This document shows positions 46,513 through 55,557 of a stretch of 64,000 bases of DNA, in pieces (position 1 is the first letter of the stretch; every line of letters begins with the position of its first letter). The position numbers and the translations under genes are program-made. The DNA comes from a virus. Taxonomy: Duplodnaviria > Caudoviricetes. The stretch lies in the IMG/VR virus record IMGVR_UViG_3300012974_000008, positions 4,409 to 68,408 of that record; one strand, given 5' to 3'. The notes beneath the pieces were generated by a model. That model did not search any database. It saw only the letters and a list, made by a program, of their open reading frames with translations, and had not been told where the DNA came from.

Positions 46513-46728
46513 ATGTTCTCCTGCCACTCCTGCGCAATCGTGGTCAACAACGACGACGACAGCCACCTGGACATGATCGACGCGGTGGAAGTCACCACCT
46601 CGATCCAGGCCATCGCCGGCGAGCTCGGCGGTCCCCTGGTCCTGAGTGAGGCGGACGTTGACGGCTACTTCGATTGCGCGCTGTGCAATCAGGTCTGCCT
46701 AGGGGACGCCTACGTCATCTCCGCTTAG
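46513..46728 (+). CDS. Small zinc-finger-like protein
   Basis: CHSC...CALC; AAAGG RBS. Confidence 0.7.
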   Translation: MFSCHSCAIVVNNDDDSHLDMIDAVEVTTSIQAIAGELGGPLVLSEADVDGYFDCALCNQVCLGDAYVISA

Positions 46729-46737
46729 GCGGAACCA

Positions 46738-46822
46738 GGTCGAGTGCCCGACGCGTAGCGAGGGTGAAAGGTTCGGGGCACAACAGTCAAGGCCCCGCGT
46801 GAGTTCGATTCTCACCCGACCA
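46738..46822 (+). ncRNA. tRNA-like element with canonical T-arm
   Basis: GGTCG(A)G/CCGACC-A ends; GGGGC/GCCCC arm; GTGAG-TTCGATT-CTCAC. Confidence 0.5.
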
Positions 46823-46869
46823 CAACTGTCTAGTTGACAGCGAGACACACACAATGAAAGGCTAGTGCA

Positions 46870-47127
46870 ATGCTGGAGATCAACACCAACGGCCGGACGG
46901 TCGAGGAGCTGCGCGAGGCGTACCCGTTCATCCAGGCCATGGGCGAATACATGGGGAGCTACCCGCACTACGTCGAGGACCAGCTGTACTTTGCCCACCA
47001 CCACAACGCGCCGGCTGATGCCACGGGGTGTGACCGGGCCGGCAAGGTCACGCGGTGGGGAGACATCCCCCGCGACCAGCTGAGACAGGAACTGTTGACG
47101 CTGGTTGCGCGCAGGCTCACCAAGTAG
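46870..47127 (+). CDS. Early hypothetical protein (85 aa)
   Basis: ORF track; MGSYPHYVEDQL..A...APADA. Confidence 0.7.
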   Translation: MLEINTNGRTVEELREAYPFIQAMGEYMGSYPHYVEDQLYFAHHHNAPADATGCDRAGKVTRWGDIPRDQLRQELLTLVARRLTK

Positions 47128-47131
47128 TGTG

Positions 47132-47161
47132 TTGACACCCACCGCTCCAACCTGCTAGTGT
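47132..47161 (+). promoter_or_regulatory. Repeated early promoter P8
   Basis: TTGACA-CCCACCGCTCCAACCTGC-TAGTGT. Confidence 0.8.
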
Positions 47162-47192
47162 CTAATCATCACCGCGACAGACGAGAGTAGCC

Positions 47193-47423
47193 ATGAACCA
47201 CTACACCCACACACTGACCGAGATCGAGCAGGCATGCGGGGTAACCCTGGACGACGTCGCACGGGAGCTCCCCCGGGTTGCACTTCGAGAGAATGCGGCC
47301 TGGGTGGACGGATCACTCGCGCCGGCGTTGGCAACATCCACCGCACGCGCTGCACTGGGTAAGCCTGCGGCCTACTCGCACCACGCCCTCAACGGAACCA
47401 TTGCGGTCTACGTGCCCAACTGA
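47193..47423 (+). CDS. Early hypothetical protein (76 aa)
   Basis: GAGAG RBS after P8. Confidence 0.65.
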   Translation: MNHYTHTLTEIEQACGVTLDDVARELPRVALRENAAWVDGSLAPALATSTARAALGKPAAYSHHALNGTIAVYVPN

Positions 47424-47493
47424 CCTGACCACTGAGTCCGTGTGCCCATGTGTCTAATACGCATGTGGACACACAACTGATGGGTTAGTTCAA
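47421..47493 (+). repeat. 73-bp intergenic repeat, copy 1
   Basis: TGACCTGACCACTG..GTCCG..TGTCTAAT..GTGGACAC..TGGGTTAGTTCAA. Confidence 0.85.
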
Positions 47494-47511
47494 ACAATAG
47501 AGGAGAAACCC

Positions 47512-48333
47512 ATGTCCAACATCGACACCACCACACGCGTCCTCGCTGACATGTGGACGGAGAACACGGGCCGGCACATGCTCGACTCGGGCGGCGCATA
47601 CGGTCGCAGCTGGGAGCGCAACCAGGCCGCAACCGCGGGCATCGACGCGGCCGAGTACTTCCTCAGCTTGCCCGAGGTCACGCTCGATGCCCGGTACGGC
47701 TATGCCGACATCACCGTGTCAGCCTTCCACTGGCTCAGTGAGATCCTGGACTACTCACCGGCCGTCAATCGCATGTTCGAGATGTTCGTCGCGCTGGAAG
47801 GCGAGAGCGATCGGCCCTGGATGGATGAGGCTGAGGCGTTCGTCGATTGGCTCACGGGACATGGCCGAGCGTCTAATGTCCAGACCGTCAACACCTACAA
47901 CGGCGAATCGTGGCTCGACTCAACGTTGCAATACGTGGTGTTCACCTACACCGACCGCGATGGCTTCGACACCGACATGGTCATGTTGCAGTACCACGGT
48001 GGGTGCGACGTCCGCGGTGGCTACACCAAGCCACGCGCGTTCTCGCTCAGCGGCTACGAGGGTCGTTATGAGCTGTACACCGAGGGCCACGTCTCGCTGT
48101 CCTGCACCGAGAACTACGGCCAGGAGATCGGCATCGGCCTGGACGGCGACACGGTTTACGCCGGCACTCACGCATGGGATTCCAACAGTTCCGGCGTCGA
48201 TTGGGTCGAGTATGGCGGCGCGTACGATACGCCGGACTTCGAGACCATCGAACCGGAGGATGACAGCACACCCTATGTCGCGTGCCCGACATGCAAGGCG
48301 CCGCTTGAAGTGTCGGTGATGTTTGGACACTGA
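47512..48333 (+). CDS. Conserved-looking phage hypothetical protein (273 aa)
   Basis: GAGGAG RBS; LDSGGAYGRSWERN, HGGCDVRGGYT, C-terminal CPTC. Confidence 0.8.
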   Translation: MSNIDTTTRVLADMWTENTGRHMLDSGGAYGRSWERNQAATAGIDAAEYFLSLPEVTLDARYGYADITVSAFHWLSEILDYSPAVNRMFEMFVALEGESDRPWMDEAEAFVDWLTGHGRASNVQTVNTYNGESWLDSTLQYVVFTYTDRDGFDTDMVMLQYHGGCDVRGGYTKPRAFSLSGYEGRYELYTEGHVSLSCTENYGQEIGIGLDGDTVYAGTHAWDSNSSGVDWVEYGGAYDTPDFETIEPEDDSTPYVACPTCKAPLEVSVMFGH

Positions 48334-48403
48334 CCTGACCACTGGGTCCGAGTGTCCATCTGTCTAATTGACAGGTGGACACTCCACCCATGGGTTAGTT
48401 CAA
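48331..48403 (+). repeat. 73-bp intergenic repeat, copy 2
   Basis: Colinear with copy 1; contains GTGTCCATCTGTC-TAATT-GACAGGTGGACAC hairpin. Confidence 0.85.
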
Positions 48404-48421
48404 GGCATGAGAGGTCACACC

Positions 48422-48529
48422 ATGAATCCCTGGTTACACGCATTGCAGTTCGTCATCGTGACCGGACTGTTCACCATCGTGACGGTGGTCGCCATCATCG
48501 TCGCTGTCGAGTTCTTCAAGGAGATCTGA
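48422..48529 (+). CDS. Small membrane peptide (35 aa)
   Basis: MNPWLHALQFVIVTGLFTIVTVVAIIVAVEFFKEI; GAGG RBS. Confidence 0.55.
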   Translation: MNPWLHALQFVIVTGLFTIVTVVAIIVAVEFFKEI

Positions 48530-48891
48530 TGCACACCACCGAACGTCTCAACAAGCTGTCGCCGAACGTGCGAGACCGAGTCAAGATCGAACGCCGCATC
48601 GTCAAGCACCTGGTCCGGGAGTTGCTGGAACACAACGTCGAACTGTCGGTACACGACGGCGAAGAGCACCACGCACCGACGCGCGACGCCGGCGCACTGT
48701 TCGATCAGCTCATGGAAACCGACTCGGACACGCTGTATGTCCATCTCATCGGCGACCATCACCCCATGGCCATGGTGATGCTGGTCTACGGCAACGACGG
48801 TTGGGACGTCATGTCCGACTACTCGATCAGTCTCGAACATCAGGGGCTCATCACCAAGACCATCGAGCTCACAGATTCGCTGGGAGGCTGA
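48529..48891 (+). CDS. Hypothetical protein (120 aa)
   Basis: TGATG overlap; LVYGNDGWDVMSDYS. Confidence 0.7.
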   Translation: MHTTERLNKLSPNVRDRVKIERRIVKHLVRELLEHNVELSVHDGEEHHAPTRDAGALFDQLMETDSDTLYVHLIGDHHPMAMVMLVYGNDGWDVMSDYSISLEHQGLITKTIELTDSLGG

Positions 48892-48894
48892 GTC

Positions 48895-49377
48895 ATGGGT
48901 TACTGCACCGACATGCAAGGCCGATTGTGCTGCGACAACTGCGGGCAGTCGGGCGGTGTCCGTAAGCGCAAGTGCAAGTACAAGGTGACCACCGACAATC
49001 ACCGATCGTCGGCCCGGCATGTGATCCACTACTGCTACCCGCCGGCGTTGTGCCAGGGATGCTATCGCGAACTGGGCGGCATCAATGGCGTCCACGGTGC
49101 AATGTGCCACGGGGGTGCGGCGGCGGCGCAAGTCGAGTATGACCGCAAGCAGGCACTACTAGACGCGGGCAAGCACATGGTGGTCGCCGCATATGGCAGC
49201 TGGCAGGAGTCGGTGCCCGACGGCATGGTCGGCGTGCACTTCGCGAGTGCGAAGTACTCGGATCATCGTCACGTCCTCATGCCCCATGAGGACTACAACA
49301 ATCGGGACATCGACCGACGTTTCTCCACGCTGGAAGACCACTACCCCAACGCGACCGAATGGATCAATCACCCTTAG
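48895..49377 (+). CDS. Zinc-finger-like hypothetical protein
   Basis: CCDNCG, LCQGC motifs. Confidence 0.7.
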   Translation: MGYCTDMQGRLCCDNCGQSGGVRKRKCKYKVTTDNHRSSARHVIHYCYPPALCQGCYRELGGINGVHGAMCHGGAAAAQVEYDRKQALLDAGKHMVVAAYGSWQESVPDGMVGVHFASAKYSDHRHVLMPHEDYNNRDIDRRFSTLEDHYPNATEWINHP

Positions 49378-49381
49378 GGGG

Positions 49382-49411
49382 TTGACTTCCACTGTTCACA
49401 CCTGCTAGTGT
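49382..49411 (+). promoter_or_regulatory. Repeated early promoter P9
   Basis: TTGACT-TCCACTGTTCACACCTGC-TAGTGT. Confidence 0.7.
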
Positions 49412-49461
49412 CTAATTAACAGCGAGACAGACAAGAGAGATAAGCATGAAAGGCAAGACCT

Positions 49462-50085
49462 ATGGCACGCAAGCGTCCACCGCTCTACAAGCAGACCAAT
49501 GGCATCGGTGGTCGAGCAATGGTCTCGAACATCCTGTCAGTGTTCGACCAGGCTACCGACGCTGACATCATCGCTGGTCAGCTCTGGTACAAGGAGGCAC
49601 TTGACATCGCCCACCAGTGCGCCCTACTGTCTAACCGACAGCTAGAGGCTAGTGCGGTTGCAATTGCGCACCTATCGCCTCAGGTCAGGTGGGAGGACAA
49701 CGTGGCGTTTGCACTGGCGCTCGCGACACCCGGCGCGCCGGCCGACCGGGCACCCCGCGTGCCCGGCACCGCCGGCGTGACGCACGCGAACTGGCGCAGG
49801 GCATACCACGCCTTGCATCACTCCCCCGATCCGCTCGGCGAGATGACACCGGGCATCAAGACTCACGCGTTCGCGCACAACATCCTGGGCCACACCGACT
49901 ACGTGACCGTGGACTCGTGGGCAATGCGTATCGCCGGCGTGGACTACAAGCACATCAACCGTGCGGGTGTCTATGCCGGTGTGTCTAATGCCTACCGCAA
50001 CGCTGCACGCACGGTCGGTATCGAACCATCTGAGATGCAGGCGATCACCTGGGTTGCCGCACACACCCTGAAAGGCAAGTCATGA
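49462..50085 (+). CDS. Helical protein, possibly HhH-GPD/DNA-glycosylase-like fold
   Basis: AGQLWY, AHLSPQVRWEDN, KTHAF, VTVDSWA, MQAITW; fold call is from memory of the family. Confidence 0.55.
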   Translation: MARKRPPLYKQTNGIGGRAMVSNILSVFDQATDADIIAGQLWYKEALDIAHQCALLSNRQLEASAVAIAHLSPQVRWEDNVAFALALATPGAPADRAPRVPGTAGVTHANWRRAYHALHHSPDPLGEMTPGIKTHAFAHNILGHTDYVTVDSWAMRIAGVDYKHINRAGVYAGVSNAYRNAARTVGIEPSEMQAITWVAAHTLKGKS

Positions 50086-50210
50086 ACGATCACGAGATCC
50101 TCCTGGCCATCCAGGACCTCATGGACGGGGTCGCCTGGAGCGCAGACACCCTCAACTCGATCGCACAGCTCCTCAACGCGAACGGTTACACGATCGGAGA
50201 CATCGAATGA
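50082..50210 (+). CDS. Hypothetical protein (42 aa)
   Basis: ATGA overlaps; WSADTLNSIAQLL. Confidence 0.6.
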   Translation: MNDHEILLAIQDLMDGVAWSADTLNSIAQLLNANGYTIGDIE

Positions 50211-50395
50211 GCGAGTTCAAGCTGAACATCCACACCAACAACTCCGCGTTCGATGGCGACGCCGACTCGGAGATCGCCCGCCTCCTGCGCGAGGCTGCGG
50301 ACTCCATCGAGCTCGGTGGCGTCGGCCGCCACACCCGGTCGCTCGTGGACTACAACGGCAACCGCGTCGGCGGCTACAAGCTGGAGGACAACTGA
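50207..50395 (+). CDS. Hypothetical protein (62 aa)
   Basis: NSAF..EIARLLREAAD..DYNGNRVG. Confidence 0.7.
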   Translation: MSEFKLNIHTNNSAFDGDADSEIARLLREAADSIELGGVGRHTRSLVDYNGNRVGGYKLEDN

Positions 50396-50396
50396 C

Positions 50397-50618
50397 ATGG
50401 CCGACCTGCTGCGCACCATCAAGAAGTGCAAGCACGACTGGATGCTCATAGAGGACGGCTATCGCCGCACCTGGTCCACGGACATCGACACCGAGACGAA
50501 CACCATCACCGCATACGAGGGCACCTTCTCGGACGGAGGGGACGGCGAGTACCTGCTGTGCCTCAACTGCGGCAACCGACTTGAGGTGCCGACCAACTTC
50601 ACCATCGACTGGAACTAA
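50397..50618 (+). CDS. Hypothetical zinc-binding protein
   Basis: GGAGG RBS; CKH...CLNC. Confidence 0.65.
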   Translation: MADLLRTIKKCKHDWMLIEDGYRRTWSTDIDTETNTITAYEGTFSDGGDGEYLLCLNCGNRLEVPTNFTIDWN

Positions 50619-50725
50619 CAAAGGAGACAACTGACATGGCACGAGCAACGAAGGCAGACCAGCGACGAGAGACCCTGCGCCGGCGTGAGGTTCGGCGCTT
50701 CAAGTACGGCGTGGAGGCCTGAACA

Positions 50726-51205
50726 ATGGGAACCCGAAGCATCATCGGCGCAGTCACCGAGGCCGGTTCGATCGGCACCTACTGCCACTACGACGGCTAC
50801 CCCACCGGCAACGGTCGGGAGCTTCAGACCATCCTGAAGCGCGATGGTTACGACAAGGTCACCGAGACCCTGCTGAGTGAGCCGGCAGGCTTCTCCTTTC
50901 TCGACGTCAATGCCGACGAGAAGAAGCACGCAGACCAGTTCGGCGACATGTCGAGCCGCACGGCGCTGATCCCCGGCTACGGCATCGCCTACCGCGACGT
51001 CGACAACCCGGAGCTCATCAGGCTGATGGACGTGCTCCAGAACCGCGAGGACTACTTCTGGGCCGAGTTCGCCTACTTCGTCCGCCCCGACGGTGGCACC
51101 GACGCGTACCGGCTCAACTACCAGGCTCCTGCTGACTACTGGGTCATCGAGCCCGACAACGAGATCACCTCCGACGAACCACCCATCACCGCCAACATCA
51201 ACTGA
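50726..51205 (+). CDS. Phage protein of the MGTRS..YCHYDGYP type
   Basis: MGTRSII..YCHYDGYP, C-terminal WAEFAY; GGAGG RBS. Confidence 0.75.
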   Translation: MGTRSIIGAVTEAGSIGTYCHYDGYPTGNGRELQTILKRDGYDKVTETLLSEPAGFSFLDVNADEKKHADQFGDMSSRTALIPGYGIAYRDVDNPELIRLMDVLQNREDYFWAEFAYFVRPDGGTDAYRLNYQAPADYWVIEPDNEITSDEPPITANIN

Positions 51206-51213
51206 GGGACAAC

Positions 51214-51420
51214 ATGACCCGCAAACGCTACCGTGTGATCTTCGCCGACGGCATGATCGTTCGAGTCGACGCCGTCGGTGTCCAAGACGCCGCCGATCAG
51301 GTGTACGACCAGGACGATGACGGCGAGCAGGACGAGATCGTCGCGATCATCGCCGAAGTTGACGCGCAAGACAACAGGGATGTTGCGTTCGCGGTCATTG
51401 ACACCACCCGCCCGTACTGA
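51214..51420 (+). CDS. Hypothetical acidic protein
   Basis: GAGGG RBS. Confidence 0.6.
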   Translation: MTRKRYRVIFADGMIVRVDAVGVQDAADQVYDQDDDGEQDEIVAIIAEVDAQDNRDVAFAVIDTTRPY

Positions 51421-51433
51421 CTAAGGATTACCC

Positions 51434-52141
51434 ATGTCTCTAATCTCCACTTCGACACTCGACACGCGGCCCGTGCTGCTGGACCTGTTCTGCTGCGCTG
51501 GTGGTGCCGCGATGGGTTACCATCGCGCCGGCTTCCGCGTGATCGGTGTCGACATCGAGGACCAGCCGAACTACCCGTTCGAGTTCCACCAGGGTGACGC
51601 GCTGGAGTTTCTGGACGCGCTCCCCCGGCAGGGTCACGGCTTGGCTGCGATCCACACGTCGCCACCATGCCAGGCGAGTTCGGCGCTAACCAAGGGCACG
51701 AACAGGGGTCGGTTCTACCTGAACCTGATTCCGGAGACGCGGGAACTGTTGTCGGAGTTCGACATTCCGACAGTGATCGAGAACGTGCAGGGTGCAGACA
51801 TGCGCCGGGACCTCACCCTGTGCGGTGAGATGTTCGGCCTGAGCGTGATCCGGCATCGCTACTTCGAGGTTCGCAACTTCGGAGTCGAACAGCCCGAGCA
51901 CAAGAAGCACCGTGGTCGTGTGGCTGGATACCGGCACGGCGAGTGGTTCGACGGCCCCTACTTTGCTGTGTACGGCGAGGGTGGCGGCAAGGGCACCGTG
52001 GCGCAGTGGCAGAAAGCCATGGGCATCGACTGGACGAGCGTCCGCAAGGAGATCGCCGAGGCCATACCGCCGGCCTACACCGAGTACGTCGGTGGGCAGA
52101 TCATGGCGACCATCAACTACCGCGAGGAGGTCGCATCGTGA
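51434..52141 (+). CDS. DNA cytosine-5 methyltransferase
   Basis: LDLFCCAGG (motif I), TSPPCQ (motif IV), IENV (motif VI). Confidence 0.88.
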   Translation: MSLISTSTLDTRPVLLDLFCCAGGAAMGYHRAGFRVIGVDIEDQPNYPFEFHQGDALEFLDALPRQGHGLAAIHTSPPCQASSALTKGTNRGRFYLNLIPETRELLSEFDIPTVIENVQGADMRRDLTLCGEMFGLSVIRHRYFEVRNFGVEQPEHKKHRGRVAGYRHGEWFDGPYFAVYGEGGGKGTVAQWQKAMGIDWTSVRKEIAEAIPPAYTEYVGGQIMATINYREEVAS

Positions 52142-52699
52142 TGCAGCAGCATGAGTTCGACGTGAGCTACGCGTCACCGGTCACCGTCACCGTGGGCGTG
52201 AACCCCGAGGGCCAGGTCGAAGTGTCCATCGACTACAGCGACCCCGGCACCGGCATGCTGGTCGACGTCAACGAGCACGTCGTGTACGAGACCGTCCCCG
52301 AGGAGGAACTGTGAGCCACAGGGTAGCCGAGCTGGACACGTCCGAACTGAAGATGATGCATCGCAGCATCAACAAGAATTTCATGGTTGCGTTCATCAAC
52401 GCCAACCTGATCGAGCGAGCCAGCCTGGACGTGCGTGATGCTGTCGTGCTGTACGACGACCACAAGTATTTCGCCTACGCGCTCCCGGGGATGCCTGACG
52501 ACGACACCATGGCCCGACTGTATGGCGCGGCCGGCATTCGCTACTGGTCCAAGGGGGTCTGATGGCCGGCAAGTGGAACAACTGGATCGAACACCCCGAC
52601 CACCCGCTTGACGATTGGCGCTACGAGGTCGCATCCGACTACACCCGGCTCAGCTACGGCGAATGGGTCGAGCAGCAGGCCGAGGCCGAGTCGGAATAG
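52141..52699 (+). other. Three small coupled ORFs (52141..52314, 52311..52562, 52562..52699)
   Basis: Overlapping start/stop codons, GGAGG RBSs. Confidence 0.6.
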
Positions 52700-52714
52700 C
52701 CTTCAACCACCCGC

Positions 52715-52743
52715 TTGACTTCCACCACTCACTGATCTACTGT
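52715..52743 (+). promoter_or_regulatory. Repeated early promoter P10 (diverged)
   Basis: TTGACT-TCCACCACTCACTGATC-TACTGT. Confidence 0.6.
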
Positions 52744-52781
52744 CTAATCATCACCTAGACAGTCAACGAAAGGAACATTCA

Positions 52782-55004
52782 ATGTCGAACGTCAATCTCA
52801 CCAAGAAGGTCAACCTCACCAAGAACGTGGCCGGCGCACACTTCGTCGGTTCGCGAGATGCCAACCGCCGCTTCGTGTCCAGCAACCCGAAGGGCTGACT
52901 TCCATGAAGCAGATCACCGTCGACATCAAGAGCTACACCAACGAGTTGACAGTCGCAGACATTCTCAAGGAGGTCGCTGACAAGATCGAGGATTCCATCT
53001 TCCCGAGCCTCAGCGAGATCACCCTGTTCGACGCGGATGGCGCGGCTGACGTGTTCGTGACAGTCGAGGAGCGGGAGGCATGAAGAAGTTCATCATCGAG
53101 CGAGAGGTCACCCAAGCCCGGGTGCTGGATCGCGAGCAAGTCGTCGAGCTGTTCAAGCGGAACAACGTAGTCCTTGGCGACTCGGTCGGGTGCACGATCG
53201 AGGAGCTGGACGATGGCATGCTCGAAACCCTGCTCGACGCGGCGATCTATCACTGCCAGCCGGGGCTCATCGACGACGTCGAAGGCCTGCTCGATGCCGC
53301 CAGTCCGGACCACGAGTACAACATCAACGTGAGAATCGAGGACTTCTGATGAGTGACTACTACCACCCATTCCGGGTCAAGATCGAGGTCGACGTGTACG
53401 TCCAGGTCGAGGACAGCGACATCGAAGATGTGCTGGCCGAACTCGACCCCGGCAGCAGCGACTTCAGCACGGTCGCCAAAACCGCCGCGCGCGAGAAGGC
53501 GTTCCGATCACTTGGCTTCGTCGGTTCGTTCGCCGACGACACCACCAGCGTTGATACCAAGCGCGTCATCAGCGTGAGCGGCCTGTAACCAAGGAGCAAC
53601 CATGGCAAGCGAGAACAAGGCGTACATGCGCAAGATGCAGGAGATTCGCCGAAGTAACGCTGCCACACCCATTCCCAGCCGAAAGCGCCGGCGGCGAGGG
53701 GGTCGCAGCACAGACCGGCGCGCAGACATCACAGACCAAAGGGAGTGAGCAGATGTCCTACCAGTATCTACAGAAGAAGGTTGACGAGGCCGACCGGGCT
53801 GCGTACGGGGACTCCAATGATGCGGAGATCTTGTCACTAAGGGATGCCCTCGACGTCGCACTGGATGCGCTGGGCGGCTTCGGGGTTCGGATCAATCGGA
53901 CCGATTGGCACGACGAACTCACACCGCCGGAGGAGAAGCTCGCATGAACCAGACCGTGATCGACACGACCAAGACCGCGCGCGAGATCGAGCCGGGGATG
54001 GTCTACCGCTATCAGACACCGCGTATCGACGGGGGCCGGGACATCGTCGACATCAGTGTGCGACACGTCATCCCGATGTGCGACAACGACGTGATGATCG
54101 TCGGAGTCGAGACCGACGATGGCCTTGCGCCGCTCCAATTCGACGACTCCAACCAGCTGCTGGCCAACTGGTTCGACGTCCTCCAGGCCGATAGGCCGGT
54201 CACGGTGCTCTACGGCGAGGAGGTCTGACCGTGTCCGACGTACCCACCACAGTCACCGCCGAGAACCTCGAGCAGGGTGACGAGTTGGCCAGTGGCGTGA
54301 TCGTCACTGACTTCAACGACGTCGGCCACCCGGACTATGTCTGGGTTGGATTCAACGACGGCGAGCTCAGCCGTATTCGCCGGCACGGACAGTTCGAGGT
54401 GTGGCGATGAGCGACGCCGACACTGTCTTCGGTTCCGAACTCTTCGGCGCGATTATCCAGGCCCAGATTGCTGACGCGCAGAGCGTCCAGAACCAGCTCG
54501 ACAAGTACCACCGAAACAAGGAGGCGCAGCTGATCTGGCTGCGTGAGGAGATCGAGCACTTTGCGCTAAGCCAGGACTCGAAGATGGTTGAGCACAAGCT
54601 ACTTTCGATTGTCCGGCGGTCTTGTCAGGTGACCGACCAAGGACTCGACAAGGAGGATTACTGATGCTGAACAAGGACGAGAAGGATGTCGCCCAACAGG
54701 CCATCGACTGCGTCGAGTACGCCCTAGAGAAGGCTGGACTTTACCTGGAGGGCCCGATCCGGCGGTCGGTGCTGAGCCAACTCAGAAGCGCGAGGGTGGA
54801 TCTCGAGGTGCTGCGGGACGGCAACCTAGTGAAGGGAACCAAGTCGTGAGCGAGGAACTTTCCCTACTCGCCGAGTCGGACGGCTGGCAGCTGTGGGAGG
54901 ACGCGGAGGGTGGGCGGCACATCACCGACCCCTACGGAGACATCATCGGCAACCTCGACGGGTTGCTGTACGTGATCGAACAACTGGAATTGAGGACTGA
55001 ATGA
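52782..55004 (+). other. Run of small coupled hypothetical ORFs: 52782..52898, 52904..53083, 53080..53349, 53349..53588, 53602..53748, 53753..53947, 53944..54228, 54231..54410, 54407..54664, 54664..54849, 54846..55004
   Basis: Head-to-tail packing with ATGA/TGATG overlaps and AGGAG/GGAGG RBSs. Confidence 0.65.
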
Positions 55005-55555
55005 CACTGTCGACCAACATCATCGCCATGGACCCGATCGATCCCGAGCGCGCGTTCATGCACATGGCCAAGCTACTCGGCGCCGGCGAGGGGTACCGCT
55101 GGGAGGTGAGGGATGAGTTCCTGGCCGGCAACCCCGCGATCATCGCAGAGATAGGGCAAGGCTTGCCAGCATGGCTGATCGTGAGTCACAACAACGGCGA
55201 GCTGCTCAACTTGCAGGACTACTACACGTCCGACCGGAATGACCCGCGGCTGAAGGTCTTGGACGCCGACGGCGAGTCCGACTTCGCCTTCCACCCGCAA
55301 GGTTACGCCGACATCGACATCGACACGGCCTATGGGTACGGCCGTGGTGAGGACATCGGCGGCTGCGGTGACCTGCACGCATGGCTGGTGCGAGAGTACG
55401 CCCGCTGGCTCGATGCCCAGAGTGTCCGGTGGTACTGGCGCAACGAGTTCACCGGTGAGTGGTTCGGCACCCTGGACCAGCTCCACGAACTCGGGGATGC
55501 TGAGCTCGGCGGCAAGAACCCGGACCTGCGACACCTGACCGCGGAAGGGGCCTGA
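55001..55555 (+). CDS. Hypothetical protein (184 aa)
   Basis: IDIDTAYGY..GGCGDLHAWLV..WYWRNEFTGEW. Confidence 0.75.
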   Translation: MTLSTNIIAMDPIDPERAFMHMAKLLGAGEGYRWEVRDEFLAGNPAIIAEIGQGLPAWLIVSHNNGELLNLQDYYTSDRNDPRLKVLDADGESDFAFHPQGYADIDIDTAYGYGRGEDIGGCGDLHAWLVREYARWLDAQSVRWYWRNEFTGEWFGTLDQLHELGDAELGGKNPDLRHLTAEGA

Positions 55556-55557
55556 CG

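Noticed and set aside
44741-47161. Promoter repeats as a CRISPR-like array
   Set aside because: Intervals are 68-680 bp and contain ORFs; the repeats carry -35/-10 hexamers.
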